From an uncultured Bacillota bacterium (GTDB lineage Bacteria; Sysuimicrobiota; Sysuimicrobiia; Sysuimicrobiales; Segetimicrobiaceae), in the NCBI GenBank assembly GCA_963804645.1, contig CAWDRG010000017.1:288001-352000 (forward strand): a stretch of 64,000 nucleotides of DNA, read 5' to 3'. Of this stretch, positions 28,204-38,667 are shown one piece after another. Below the pieces are notes generated by a model. The model did not search any database. It had not been told where the DNA came from and was given only the letters and a program-made list of their open reading frames with translations. Position 1 is the stretch's first letter. Each line of letters opens with the position of its first letter. The position numbers and the translations under genes are program-made.

Positions 28204-29130
28204 ATGACGTCTGAGAGCGTGCTCCACGGAGCCCCTGCGCACATACCGCGAGCGCGCGGACGCTGGTGGCGGGGACGCGCGTATCTGTTCCTGCTTCCTT
28301 CGCTCGTGTTCCTGGCGTCCTTCACGTACTATCCGGTGCTCCGGACCCTCTACCTGAGCCTGGAACAGATGCGCCCGGCCACGCACCGCCTGGCGTTCGT
28401 CGGACTCGACAACTACACCGCGCTCGCGTCCGACGCGGTATTCGGCCAGGTCGTGAGGAACAGCGCCGAATTTCTTGTCGGCACGGTTCCCGTCACGATG
28501 GCCATCGCGCTCGTGCTGGCGCTCCTACTGTCCCGAACGCACGTGCTCAGCACCGTCTTCCGCACGGCGTTCTTCTACCCCGCCCTGCTCCCGCTCGTCG
28601 GCGCCGCCGCGATCTGGCTGTTCGTCTACGCCCCCGGGTACGGGCTGATCGACGTCTACTTGCGCGGCCTCGTGCCAAGCGGGGTCAACTGGCTCAGCAG
28701 CCCCACGTATGCGCTGCCGGCGGTCATCGTCATGACCGTCTGGAAAAACGCCGGATACTACATGCTCTTTTACCTCGCCGGGCTCCAGACGATCTCGGCC
28801 GAACTGTACGAAGCGGCCCGCCTCGAGGGCGCCTCCGCCTGGCAGCAGTTTCGGACGATCACGTTCCCGCTGCTCGCGCCGACGTCGCTGTTCGTGCTGG
28901 TGATCGCGAGCATCAACGCGTTCCAGTCGGTGGATCAGATCTTCGTCATGACGAGCGGCGGACCGGACAATACGACGAACCTGCTGCTGTTCTACGTCTA
29001 CCAGAACGCGTTCGTATTCTTCGATCTCGGCAAAGCGGCGGCGCTGACTGTGGTCCTGCTTGCGGGGCTGATCGTCATCGCGGCCCTCAGTTTTGGCCTG
29101 CTCGAGCGCCGTATCCACTACGAGGCGTAG
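28204..29130 (+). CDS. Carbohydrate ABC permease (UgpA-like)
   Basis: FVGLDNY, WKNAGYYM.FYLAGLQ, LYEAARLEGA, TSGGP. Confidence 0.9.
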   Translation: MTSESVLHGAPAHIPRARGRWWRGRAYLFLLPSLVFLASFTYYPVLRTLYLSLEQMRPATHRLAFVGLDNYTALASDAVFGQVVRNSAEFLVGTVPVTMAIALVLALLLSRTHVLSTVFRTAFFYPALLPLVGAAAIWLFVYAPGYGLIDVYLRGLVPSGVNWLSSPTYALPAVIVMTVWKNAGYYMLFYLAGLQTISAELYEAARLEGASAWQQFRTITFPLLAPTSLFVLVIASINAFQSVDQIFVMTSGGPDNTTNLLLFYVYQNAFVFFDLGKAAALTVVLLAGLIVIAALSFGLLERRIHYEA

Positions 29131-29131
29131 C

Positions 29132-29971
29132 ATGTCGCCGCGCGCACACCGCCGCGTCCTCGTAATCTGCTGGACCCTCGGCGTCTCGGCCATGGCGTTC
29201 ATCTGGGTATTCCCGCTGCTGTGGGTGTTCTCCGCGTCGCTGCGGGCGCCGGGCCAGCTCGGCGGTCAGCTGGCCTCGCTGTGGGTCCAGCATCCAACGC
29301 TCCAAAACTTCTGGGACGCCTGGCACGACGCGCCGTTTCTCCGCCTGTACTACAACACGGCGGTCGTGGTCTTTGGCATCCTCGCGGTGCAGCTGGTCAC
29401 GATCACCCTTGCCGCGTACGCATTCGCGCGCCTCGAGTTCTGGGGGCGAGAAGCGCTGTTCCGGCTGTTCCTGCTCCAGTTGATGGTGGCGCCGTCCGCG
29501 CTCATCCTGCCGAACTTCGAGACGCTTCGAGCGCTCGGGTTGCTGGACACGCGGCTCGGGATCATGGTCCCCTACTTTGCCTCCGCGTTCGGAACGTTTC
29601 TGCTCCGACAGGCGTTCCGGGGAGTGCCGCAGGACTTGGAAGACGCCGCGTCGATTGACGGCTGTACCGCGCTCCAAACGCTCCGACACGTCTTCATCCC
29701 ACTCGCGAAGCCGACGCTCATCGCGTTCTCGATCGTCAGCATCGTGTACCACTACAACGAATTTCTTTGGCCGCTGATCGTCACGAACACCGAACGGGCG
29801 CGAACGGTCACAGTCGGCCTGGCCTCGTTCACCCAGGGCGCGGAATCCGCCGCACAATGGAACCTGATCGCCGCCGGCACCGTGATCGTGATTCTGCCGC
29901 TGCTGGTGGTGTTCATCCTCTTCCAGCGGCGCTTCGTCGAAAGCTTCATGTATTCGGGCCTCAAAGGGTAA
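29132..29971 (+). CDS. Carbohydrate ABC permease (UgpE-like)
   Basis: AAYAFAR, FLLRQAF, LEDAASIDG, NEFLWPL, FQRRFV...GLKG. Confidence 0.9.
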   Translation: MSPRAHRRVLVICWTLGVSAMAFIWVFPLLWVFSASLRAPGQLGGQLASLWVQHPTLQNFWDAWHDAPFLRLYYNTAVVVFGILAVQLVTITLAAYAFARLEFWGREALFRLFLLQLMVAPSALILPNFETLRALGLLDTRLGIMVPYFASAFGTFLLRQAFRGVPQDLEDAASIDGCTALQTLRHVFIPLAKPTLIAFSIVSIVYHYNEFLWPLIVTNTERARTVTVGLASFTQGAESAAQWNLIAAGTVIVILPLLVVFILFQRRFVESFMYSGLKG

Positions 29972-30046
29972 CGCACCCACCGGATCACGCCGGCGTTTCC
30001 CGCAACGGTTGCCGGGCGCGCGGCCCACCACCCCGGTCCAATCGGG

Positions 30047-31033
30047 CTAGCGCCGATCGAGCGCGCCTGGGTTCACGAGCGTCGGTGGCCGCTTGCCGGT
30101 CACCCCGGCAAGGCAGTTCTCCGCGGCCAACTCAGCCATCTTGATCCGCGTCGAGATGCTCGCGCTCCCGAGATGCGGCGGCAGCACGACATTGTCCAAC
30201 TTCAGGAGCGGCTCGTCGGACGGCACCGGCTCGACCTCGAGCACGTCCAACCCCGCCGCCCAAATCTGCTTGTCAACGAGCGCACGGTACAAGGCCCGTT
30301 GATCGACGAGCGGACCGCGCGCGATGTTCACGAGCACGGCCGTCGGCTTCATCAGCTTCAACTCCCGCTCGCCGATCAGATGCCTGGTTTTCGGGGTGAG
30401 CGCGGTCGACAGCACCACGAAGTCGCTCCGCCGCAGTAGATCGTCGAGCGAAAGATACACCGCTTCCAGCTCACGCTCGAGTACTTCGTTCCGCTTCAGA
30501 TCATGGTAAACCAGCGGCATGTCGAACCCCTTGCTCCGGCGCGCGATCGTCGATCCGATCCGACCCAACCCGACGATGCCCAGCGTGGCGCCGTGCACGT
30601 CCTGACCTGTCAACCCCATAATCTCCCACGTCTTCCATTGGCCCGAGCGCGTAAACTTGTCGCCCTCGACGACCCGCCGCGCGGTCGCCATCAAGATGGC
30701 CCACGCCATGTCGGCGGTCGTCTCCGTGAGCACGTCCGGCGTGTTCGTGACAAGGATCCCTCGCTTCGTGGCTGTCTCGACGTCGATGTTGTCGTAGCCC
30801 ACCGCGACCTGTGAGATAATCCGGCACTGCCGCGCCCGTTCGATCGCCTCGGCATCCATCTTGTCCGTTAGGAGGCAGATGATCCCGTCGACGTCGGCGA
30901 CCTCACGCAGCAGCGTGTCCCGAGGCACAGGCACATCCTCTCGTTCCCACGTTCGATACTCTACCGCGCCCTCCAGCTTCTTCATGGCAGACACTGGTAG
31001 CGGTCGCGTGATGTAAACCCTTGGGGTCGACAC
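30047..31033 (-). CDS. D-isomer 2-hydroxyacid dehydrogenase (glyoxylate reductase / D-glycerate dehydrogenase)
   Basis: AVGYDNID, NTPDVLTETTAD, GLGRIG, NIARG, GLDV..EP, PHLGSA. Confidence 0.92.
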   Translation of the reverse strand: MSTPRVYITRPLPVSAMKKLEGAVEYRTWEREDVPVPRDTLLREVADVDGIICLLTDKMDAEAIERARQCRIISQVAVGYDNIDVETATKRGILVTNTPDVLTETTADMAWAILMATARRVVEGDKFTRSGQWKTWEIMGLTGQDVHGATLGIVGLGRIGSTIARRSKGFDMPLVYHDLKRNEVLERELEAVYLSLDDLLRRSDFVVLSTALTPKTRHLIGERELKLMKPTAVLVNIARGPLVDQRALYRALVDKQIWAAGLDVLEVEPVPSDEPLLKLDNVVLPPHLGSASISTRIKMAELAAENCLAGVTGKRPPTLVNPGALDRR

Positions 31034-31247
31034 AGCACACCCTCCCGTCCCGATAGTTTCCGGCGCTGCTCCAGGTACAAGCGTAATCCCGCGCGGCTGG
31101 CCGGGGGAATCCGTCGAGGGCCCTATTGGGGAACACATCTGAGATGGGCGGCGACGAACCGCGACGACGTTTGCGGTTCGAAGGCCGGTGCGGCGTCGGA
31201 CCGGTCCTGTCCCGCGGAAGCGAAGTCAACCCCGCGCAAACTTGTAG

Positions 31248-31256
31248 TGCTATAAT
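31248..31256 (+). promoter_or_regulatory. Extended -10 promoter (TGCTATAAT) of tRNA-Ile2
   Basis: Perfect TGnTATAAT ending 7 nt before the tRNA. Confidence 0.75.
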
Positions 31257-31263
31257 CGCGTCG

Positions 31264-31337
31264 GGGCCCGTAGCTCAAGGGTAGAGCATCCGGCTCATAA
31301 CCGGCGGATCCAGGTTCGAGACCTGGCGGGCCCACCA
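31264..31337 (+). tRNA. tRNA with CAT anticodon, most likely tRNA-Ile2 (lysidine)
   Basis: GGGCCCG...CTCATAA...GGTTCGAG...CGGGCCCACCA. G1:C72 pair, no initiator GGG/CCC anticodon stem, C4:G69 and C5:G68 as in TilS substrates. Confidence 0.85.
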
Positions 31338-31802
31338 GTGTGAAGAATTCGAACCGCCCTCCGATGACGCCCTGTTGTGTGGTGGCGCGTCGAGCAGGGC
31401 GAGCGTGTTGAGCGACGTTCGCGCTGTGTAGCAGGGACGGCCCAATGTCGCCGTGCGTGGGGACCAAACGGACTGGGGCTGAGTAGGTTCCTCAGCAGTA
31501 AGGGCACCTGACGCGGCGGCTGTTCGGGGCGATCGTGCAGCGGCTTAGGATGCTGCCGGGGCCCGCGGGATAGCAGCCCGCGATCGTGGCGGCCAACGAG
31601 GGCGAGAGAGAGGCCCGGGGGACGTGTCTGAGAAATCGGTTGCCAGCGTAACCATGCTCGAGGTTAGGGGTTTCGGACGGGCCCGAACAGCCTTTCATGG
31701 GACCGTCGGTCACACTCGTCCCCGAAGAGCGAGATGGACTTCTTCAACAGAAGATCCTAACGCACAGGTATTGGAAATTCCGGTCAACATCTGTGGTGGG
31801 CG

Positions 31803-33443
31803 ATGGTGAAAACCGTCTGTGGATTCGATGTTGCGATCGTCGGCGCAGGGTTCGCGGGGCTCTATATGCTCCACCGTCTGCGCGGGCTCGGCATCCCGGC
31901 ACGGATCTACGAGGCTGGTAGTGGCGTCGGCGGCACCTGGTTTTGGAACCGGTATCCGGGCGCGCGCTGCGATGTCCAGAGTCTGGAGTACTCTTATTCA
32001 TTCTCAGACGAACTCGAGCAGGAGTGGCACTGGACGGAACGCTACGCCGCGCAGCCAGAGATACTGCGGTATGCCAACCACGTCGCAGAGCGCTTCGATC
32101 TCACACGGGACATCCAGTTTGAGACGCGTGTCACGGGTGCGATTTTCGACGACACCACGGACCGCTGGACAATCCGCACCGATCGTGGCGACCTGATCCC
32201 CGCAACGTTCTGCGTGATGGCGACGGGCTGCTTATCTACCGCGAAGGTCCCCGATTTCAAGGGGCTCGAGATATTTCGGGGATGCAGGTATCACACTGGG
32301 CACTGGCCCCATAAAGGCGTGGACTTCACCGGTCAACGGGTCGGTGTCATCGGTACGGGCTCGTCCGCGATCCAGTCCATCCCGATCATCGCCGGCCAGG
32401 CGTCACACCTGTTCGTGTTCCAACGGACTCCCAACTTCAGCGTGCCCGCGCACAACGGACCGCTCTCCCCTGCGGTGACCCGGGATTGGGAAATGAACCG
32501 CAACGAGTACCGGCACCGGGCCCGGACGTCGCGTACCGGTATCCTCCATGAATGGGGAACCGAATCGGCGCTGGACGTTCCGCCAGAAGAGCGCGACCGC
32601 GCATACGAGTTGCGATGGCAACGGGGCGGCTTGGGCTTCGGTGCGGCATTCTCCGACATCGGAGTCAACAAGGAAGCCAACGACACCGCCGCCGAGTTCG
32701 TGCGCGCAAAGATATGCGGGATCGTCCGGGATCGGGCCGTGGCCGAGATGCTCCTCCCGAAAGACTACCCGTTGGGAACCAAGCGTCTCTGCGTGGACAC
32801 TGGGTACTACGCCACGTTCAACCGTGAGAATGTCACCCTGGTCGACGTTCGATCGACGCCGATCGAAGAGATCACCCCTGCGGGCGTTCGGACCTCGACG
32901 GCTGAGTACGCGGTGGACAGTCTCGTGTTTGCGACCGGCTTCGATGCGATGACGGGCACGTTGTGCAGCATCGACATCCGCGGCAGAGCCGGCGCCGCAC
33001 TGAAGCAGAAGTGGTCGCAAGGACCACGCAGCTATCTCGGCATCATGGTGGCCGGCTTCCCCAACTTGTTCACCATCACCGGCCCCGGCAGTCCCTCTGT
33101 CCTCAGCAACATGATCGTGTCGATCGAGCAACACGTCGACTGGATTGCCGACTGCCTCGCGTTCTTGCGCCAGCACCGGCTCACGGCCATCGAACCGACC
33201 GTGGACGCGGAGAACGCATGGGTCGCGCACGTCAACGAGGTCGCCGATAGCACGCTGTATCCCCGAGCCAACTCCTGGTACATGGGAGCAAACATCCCCG
33301 GGAAGCCGCGCGTATTCATGCCGTACGTGGGCGGGCTCGGAGTCTACAGGCAGAAATGCGACGAAGTGGCGGCCAACGGCTACGAAGGCTTTACCCTCGC
33401 CGCCCCTGCTCCGGAGGCGGATCGGAGCGTCGACCGCCCATAG
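31803..33443 (+). CDS. Baeyer-Villiger monooxygenase (cyclohexanone/phenylacetone monooxygenase-like)
   Basis: GAGFAG, GGTWFWNRYPGARCD, FRGCRYHTGHWP (FxGxxxHxxxW), GTGSS, KRL, ATGFD. Confidence 0.95.
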   Translation: MVKTVCGFDVAIVGAGFAGLYMLHRLRGLGIPARIYEAGSGVGGTWFWNRYPGARCDVQSLEYSYSFSDELEQEWHWTERYAAQPEILRYANHVAERFDLTRDIQFETRVTGAIFDDTTDRWTIRTDRGDLIPATFCVMATGCLSTAKVPDFKGLEIFRGCRYHTGHWPHKGVDFTGQRVGVIGTGSSAIQSIPIIAGQASHLFVFQRTPNFSVPAHNGPLSPAVTRDWEMNRNEYRHRARTSRTGILHEWGTESALDVPPEERDRAYELRWQRGGLGFGAAFSDIGVNKEANDTAAEFVRAKICGIVRDRAVAEMLLPKDYPLGTKRLCVDTGYYATFNRENVTLVDVRSTPIEEITPAGVRTSTAEYAVDSLVFATGFDAMTGTLCSIDIRGRAGAALKQKWSQGPRSYLGIMVAGFPNLFTITGPGSPSVLSNMIVSIEQHVDWIADCLAFLRQHRLTAIEPTVDAENAWVAHVNEVADSTLYPRANSWYMGANIPGKPRVFMPYVGGLGVYRQKCDEVAANGYEGFTLAAPAPEADRSVDRP

Positions 33444-33785
33444 GACCGGACTTGTGACTGTTGCCTAAGCGCCGGGCCCGACCGGTGCGCCGTCAAATCT
33501 CTTCACGCTTGATTTCAAAGGGAAATTTGCGCGATTTGGAATCCGCGTGGGTGCGACCACTATCGCTACCGATTGGTCGATTTTCTCGAGCCCCGATGAC
33601 AAAGCCCGCTTCCGATCCGCCTGACTCGATCGATGAAATTCACGTGGGCTATCTCTAACGGTTGGGGTCCGCCCGCCGCGCCGATTCGCGCTCAGTACTA
33701 GTCAGAGCCTCGAAATTGCGGGTCGGAGACTCTGAATCAGATGCGTGTGTAACGGACTACAGCTGAGATACCTCGGTGGCGTCGG

Positions 33786-34226
33786 TCAGGTCTCCGATCG
33801 ATAGACGTCCTTGGTGATGTGTGATGCGAACTTCCACGTTCCCGCTTGACGCACGAAGATGTCGCTGCACTCGGTGACCGCCCACGGCACGGGCGGTGCG
33901 ATCTCCGAGCCCTCGCTCCGGAAGATCACCGACATCGAGCTCCCCTCGACCTTGTCCTTGCCCACGACGCGAAAGCGGAAGTTGGTCATGATGTGCCTCG
34001 TGGTGCGGTCGACCGCGGCGCGATCCTTACCCCACGCCTTGACAGCATCCTTGCCGACCATGGGCCCATAGGCCATCTGGATGAACACATCGTCAGTGAC
34101 CAGCTCGTGGATAGTGTCCGCACTCCGATGGTCGACGCGCCAGGCGAATTCGACGACAAGGTCGATCAGGTCTTGACGGTCGCGCTCCGTTAGCGCGTCC
34201 GCACTGTCATTTGTTCCGGCGGGCAT
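33786..34226 (-). CDS. SnoaL/NTF2-like protein
   Basis: LIDLVVEFAWRVD, GKDAV, TRHIMTNF, DIFVR..GTWKF. Confidence 0.8.
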   Translation of the reverse strand: MPAGTNDSADALTERDRQDLIDLVVEFAWRVDHRSADTIHELVTDDVFIQMAYGPMVGKDAVKAWGKDRAAVDRTTRHIMTNFRFRVVGKDKVEGSSMSVIFRSEGSEIAPPVPWAVTECSDIFVRQAGTWKFASHITKDVYRSET

Positions 34227-34581
34227 TGAACACTCCTTCAGCCACCGGACGCGCGGTCAGCACGACGCCGACGCCCACATAGAGCCCGGTGTGGACGATC
34301 ACCTCGCGAATCTCATTCTCCGTCGCGCCGTTCGCAAGGGCTCCCACGACATGAGCGCGTAGGGCCTCGTCGGGCATGTGCGCCGCTACGAGTGCGGCGA
34401 TCGTGCAGAGACTCCGTGTCCGCAGATCCAGCTCCTGGCGGTTCCAGAGCTCACCGAAGAAGCGCTCCACGATGAACTCGTCCAGGTAGCCGAACGCGCC
34501 CTCGGCCTCCGACTTCTTGTACTCCGCCCCGAACATGGCGTGCCGGATCGCAATGCCTGCTTCCTTTGGGTCCCGTGTCAT
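34207..34581 (-). CDS. Carboxymuconolactone decarboxylase family protein
   Basis: FGELWNRQELDLRTRSLCTIAAL, HVVGALANGAT.NEI.EVI.H..LYVG. Confidence 0.88.
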   Translation of the reverse strand: MTRDPKEAGIAIRHAMFGAEYKKSEAEGAFGYLDEFIVERFFGELWNRQELDLRTRSLCTIAALVAAHMPDEALRAHVVGALANGATENEIREVIVHTGLYVGVGVVLTARPVAEGVFNARRNK

Positions 34582-34632
34582 TCTCCCCTCCAGTCAGTCT
34601 CACGACCATTGATGACTCGTTTGGTCCGCCGG

Positions 34633-35871
34633 TCACGTTGGATTCGCCGCGTGCCGTGAGATCGAGGCGTCGATCACGACGGCGATGACCAAGACGACGC
34701 CTTGCACCGTCCACTGAACCTGTTGCGAGACAGCCATCAGCTGCAGGCCGTTCTGGATGCTGCCCATAAGGATGCCGCCGAGGAGGACCGACCAGATGCT
34801 GCCTCTGCCGCCGAACAGGCTGACGCCGCCGATGACCACGGCTGACAGCGCCACAAGCAACAGGGTGAGATCAGTCGATTGCGCGGACACGCCCAGGGAT
34901 CGCGAGGCGTTGATGACACCGGCCCAGGCGGCGACGAATCCGGCGATGCCGAACGTGATCGCGGTCACTCCCTCGACCCTGATGCCGGCGCGGCGCGCGG
35001 CCTCTGGGTTCCCGCCAATCGCATAGATGTGCTTGCCGAGCGGGGTCTGCGTTCCGACATACGACAGCACGGCTGCGATGGTGACGACGATCACGGCCGG
35101 AAGCGGCACCCCGCGGTACGGGTTGAAGACGGAAATGAGGATCCCGAATACGGCGACCGCCAGCCCGGCGGTCGGCAGCACCGTGCTTCGCAGTAGGTGG
35201 GACGGCGACCCCTCACGGAGCCGTGCCGCGTGGTAGTTCCGGCGTAACAGCCCGAAGAGCGCGACACCCATTCCGCCCAGCAGGTAGCTGAGCCAGTCCG
35301 GGAGATACGTCCCGGCGATGGCCTGCAGCGGAGTTCCCGACAGGACAATGACCTGCGTCACCGGCAGCATCCACATCAGTGCCGCGTTCAGGATGAACAT
35401 CCCACCGAGCGTGACGATGAACGACGGCGCCCTCGACTTCATCACAATCCAGGACTGGAACGTGGGAACGCACACACCCGCGATCAGGGCCAGCGCCACG
35501 GCGACTACGGGATTCCAGCCCTCTTCTGCGCTCAGATACGCGGCGATTCCCCCGCAGACTGCCGCGAGCGAGGCGAGCGAGATATCGATCTGTCGAACGA
35601 CGACGACGAAGACGAGCGCGAGGGCGAGCAACGACGAGACCGCGATCTGATTCGATAGGTTCGTGAGATTCCGACTGCTCAGGAACAGCGGGCTCTCGAT
35701 CGCGAAGAGGACCCAGACCACCCCAAGCGAGAGGACGAGCGGCAAAGTCCGCCACGGACCGGTCAGCCCGGCGACCACCTGCCGACGCAGGTCGACGCGG
35801 CGCGGCGCTGGGCGGTTCGTCGGGGCCACGGCGGGGAACGTCTCGCGTTGCTCAGCCGACGGAGCGCTCAT
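34633..35871 (-). CDS. Sugar ABC permease (XylH-like)
   Basis: QIDIS, PSFIVTLG, GKHIYAIGGNPEAARRAGI, AVVIGGVSLFGGRGS. Confidence 0.92.
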   Translation of the reverse strand: MSAPSAEQRETFPAVAPTNRPAPRRVDLRRQVVAGLTGPWRTLPLVLSLGVVWVLFAIESPLFLSSRNLTNLSNQIAVSSLLALALVFVVVVRQIDISLASLAAVCGGIAAYLSAEEGWNPVVAVALALIAGVCVPTFQSWIVMKSRAPSFIVTLGGMFILNAALMWMLPVTQVIVLSGTPLQAIAGTYLPDWLSYLLGGMGVALFGLLRRNYHAARLREGSPSHLLRSTVLPTAGLAVAVFGILISVFNPYRGVPLPAVIVVTIAAVLSYVGTQTPLGKHIYAIGGNPEAARRAGIRVEGVTAITFGIAGFVAAWAGVINASRSLGVSAQSTDLTLLLVALSAVVIGGVSLFGGRGSIWSVLLGGILMGSIQNGLQLMAVSQQVQWTVQGVVLVIAVVIDASISRHAANPT

Positions 35872-36674
35872 TGCAGAAATGCATCGCTCGCGCTTGCCTG
35901 ATCGGCGAGCTGCTCGAGGCGAGCGGCGCCGGTGATCGCCGACACGAGCGCATGCTCGGTCCACTCCGCTGCGGCCTGGTCGGCGATGGTTTCGCCCAGT
36001 CGAAGGACCACGATGCGGTCGGCCACTCGAAGCAAATCGGGGATATTGTGTGAGATGACGATGACCCCCCGCCCCTGCGCCTTCAGGCGTCCGATGAGCG
36101 TCAACACATCCTGCGTTTGACTCACGCCGAGCGCGGCCGTCGGCTCGTCGAGCACGATCACCTTCGGGTCGCCGAGCACGGCCCGGCAGACCGCAGCACA
36201 CTGACGTTGTCCGCCGGAGAGGGCGCCGAGGGGCACGTCGATGTGGGTGATCCGGATGGCCATCGAGTCGAGGATCTCCCGCCCCACCCGCTCCATCTCC
36301 GGCCGCTTCAGCCGCCAGCCCTGCAAAAACCCGCTCCGCGGCTCACGTCCCAGGAAGATGTTGTCGATGATGTCGAGGTTGTCGCAGAGCGCGAGATCCT
36401 GATACACGGTCTGGATCCCGAGATTGACCGCGTCGCTCGGCCGCCGGATCTCAACCGGGTTACCCTCGAAGCGGATCACTCCGCGATCGAGCGGAACGCT
36501 CCCGGACAGGATCTTGATGAGCGTCGACTTGCCGGCGCCGTTGTCCCCCACCAGCGCGACGACTTCGCCACGATGCAGAGTGAGGTTCGCATTGCGTAAG
36601 GCCACGACGGCACCGTAGGCCTTCGCGATGCCGCGGAGTTCGAGAAGGGGGCCGCCCTGCCGATCAGCGATCAC
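35868..36674 (-). CDS. Sugar ABC ATP-binding protein
   Basis: GDNGAGKST, YQDLALCDNL, LSGGQRQ, LDEPTAALG. Confidence 0.95.
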   Translation of the reverse strand: MIADRQGGPLLELRGIAKAYGAVVALRNANLTLHRGEVVALVGDNGAGKSTLIKILSGSVPLDRGVIRFEGNPVEIRRPSDAVNLGIQTVYQDLALCDNLDIIDNIFLGREPRSGFLQGWRLKRPEMERVGREILDSMAIRITHIDVPLGALSGGQRQCAAVCRAVLGDPKVIVLDEPTAALGVSQTQDVLTLIGRLKAQGRGVIVISHNIPDLLRVADRIVVLRLGETIADQAAAEWTEHALVSAITGAARLEQLADQASASDAFLQ

Positions 36675-36733
36675 TGCCCCTCCCGTGCGGATTCGACAAC
36701 GGCCGTTCCTTTTTCTCCTTCTTGCGGGACGCG

Positions 36734-38233
36734 CTATTCAATGGGTTTCGTGAATTCCCTCTGCGATACCGGCAACGAATCCATGACCATCGTCTTCGTC
36801 TCCAGGAACGGCAATAGACCCTCCAGTCCGCCTTCGCGGCCTAGGCCGGATTGCTTGAACCCGCCCATGGCGATTCTGGCGTCTGTCCGCGAGCCGTTGT
36901 GTCCGACCGAACCTGCCCGCAACCGGCGTCCCACCACATAGTAACGTTCAACATCGTTGGTGAACACAGCGGCGTTCAGCCCATAGATCGTGTCATTGGC
37001 GATGTCGATTGCGTTCTCCTCGTTTTCTGCCGGGATCACGGACAACACAGGGCCGAAAATCTCCTCCCGCGCGATGGTCGAGTTGTTATCGACATCTCCG
37101 AATACGGTCGGCTCGATGAAGAATCCGCGATGGAGATGCGCCGGCCGTCCTCCGCCGGTCGCGAGCTTCGCGCCTTCTGCCTTGCCCTTGGTGATGTAGC
37201 CTTCGACCCGGTCGCGCTGACGGCGCATCGCCAACGGCCCCATCTGGCACGCCGAGTCGAACGGATCGCCCACCGTGACGCTTTCAAAATACGCACTCAG
37301 CGCGTCAACCAGCGCATCATGGCGTTTGCGATTCACGACGATACGAGTCAGTGAGGAACACACTTGCCCAGTCAGGAAGATGGCACTTTCGCTAATCGTT
37401 TTCGCGGCCATACCGACATCGTAATCGTCTAGGATCACGGCGGCTGATTTTCCTCCGAGTTCGAGCGTGTAGCGGGCAATGCGCTCACCGCAGATCGACG
37501 CGATCTTTCGGCCGGCTGCCGTCGAGCCGGTAAACGTCACCTTGTCGATATCGGGATGCCGTACCAACAATTCGGAAACCTCACGGTCCGCCGTCACCAT
37601 ATTGAAGACTCCCGACGGCAGGCCGATTTTCTTACAAATTTCCGCGAAGACGTACGCCGCGCCAGGCGCTTCTGGCGACGCCTTCACGACAACCGTGCAG
37701 CCCGCCAGCAGCGCTGGTGCGGTCTTGTTGGAAATCAGCGCGCCGGGGTGATTCCAGGGGACAATGGCAGCCACCACGCCCACCGGCTCGCGCACCAGCA
37801 GACCGATTCCGCTGCCGGCGCTGGTCTTGTGCTCTTCCTGAAAGACATACGTGTCGGCAAGCCCGGCATAGAACCGGAATTTATCACCGAGGCCGCGCGT
37901 GGCAGCCTTGGCGATGTTGTGCGTCACGCCGGACTCCGTGACCCAAATCCGGGCGAGTTCATCGGTACGAGCGTCGAGTTCGGTTGCGATAGCATTCAAA
38001 TAGCCAGCGCGCTCCTTATGGCTCATGCGCGGCCACGGACCTTTATCGAATGCTTTACGCGCGGCGGCTACTACTCGATTGATGTCCGCGGCTTGGGCTT
38101 CCGCGACGCTGACGAACAACTCCTCCGTCCCGGAATTGATGACATCGATCTTGGACGCGCCGGAGGGGGCGGCCCATTCGCCATCGATGAAAAACCGATC
38201 GGGATGGGCCACGGGTGAGGTACTGACTGTCAT
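36734..38233 (-). CDS. Aldehyde dehydrogenase
   Basis: PWN, FTGST, LELGGKS, GQVC, EEIFGP, GGFKQSGLGREGG; GGAGGAG RBS. Confidence 0.95.
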   Translation of the reverse strand: MTVSTSPVAHPDRFFIDGEWAAPSGASKIDVINSGTEELFVSVAEAQAADINRVVAAARKAFDKGPWPRMSHKERAGYLNAIATELDARTDELARIWVTESGVTHNIAKAATRGLGDKFRFYAGLADTYVFQEEHKTSAGSGIGLLVREPVGVVAAIVPWNHPGALISNKTAPALLAGCTVVVKASPEAPGAAYVFAEICKKIGLPSGVFNMVTADREVSELLVRHPDIDKVTFTGSTAAGRKIASICGERIARYTLELGGKSAAVILDDYDVGMAAKTISESAIFLTGQVCSSLTRIVVNRKRHDALVDALSAYFESVTVGDPFDSACQMGPLAMRRQRDRVEGYITKGKAEGAKLATGGGRPAHLHRGFFIEPTVFGDVDNNSTIAREEIFGPVLSVIPAENEENAIDIANDTIYGLNAAVFTNDVERYYVVGRRLRAGSVGHNGSRTDARIAMGGFKQSGLGREGGLEGLLPFLETKTMVMDSLPVSQREFTKPIE

Positions 38234-38324
38234 AATGTCTCCTCCGTTTTCTTGGGGTCGCGGATGACGCTTCGTAGCGACTAGCGCGTCTTGATCGATA
38301 TGGCCCCGACGTTGAGATATTCCT

Positions 38325-38667
38325 CCATGTGTTCGCTGCGAGGGCGACCTCGCCTCGCGCCTCCGCGAGCGGCTTGCCGTGCTCGGCGGTCATGATCGCC
38401 GCGATCTCCTCGGCGGTCGACGATGAGTTCGCGAGCGCGCGCAGGACGCGCGCCCGCTCGAGAGCCGTCCGTCCGCGCCAGCCCGCTGGTGCCCCGGCTG
38501 CGGCATCGGTCGCAGCGAAAATGTCAGCCGCGCCCGCGTCGGTCACCAATCCGATCACGGCCCCCCGACGCTGGGTTCGTGAGGTCGAGACGGCCCGCGC
38601 CCGCGGCCTCAGTCCAGCGTCCGCCGATGAACAATCGCTCGACGACCTCCGCCGCCAAGGCGGTCAT
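38325..38667 (-). pseudogene. N-terminal remnant of a succinate-semialdehyde-dehydrogenase-like ALDH
   Basis: MTALAAEVVERLFIGGRW...TNPASG, a frameshift, then W...TALERARVL...IMTAEHGKPLAEARGEV, then the sequence breaks off. ATGA-coupled to the upstream gene. Confidence 0.8.

Noticed and set aside
31264..31337. tRNA-Met (initiator or elongator)
   Set aside because: No C1:A72 mismatch or triple G:C anticodon stem. The acceptor stem fits Ile2 better, though elongator Met is not fully excluded.
31338..31800. Possible IS end or att site downstream of tRNA-Ile2
   Set aside because: No transposase or integrase, and I found no second copy of the tRNA 3' end in the window.
33444..33785. Possible MITE or IS scar between converging genes
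   Set aside because: No convincing pair of terminal inverted repeats or second copy.
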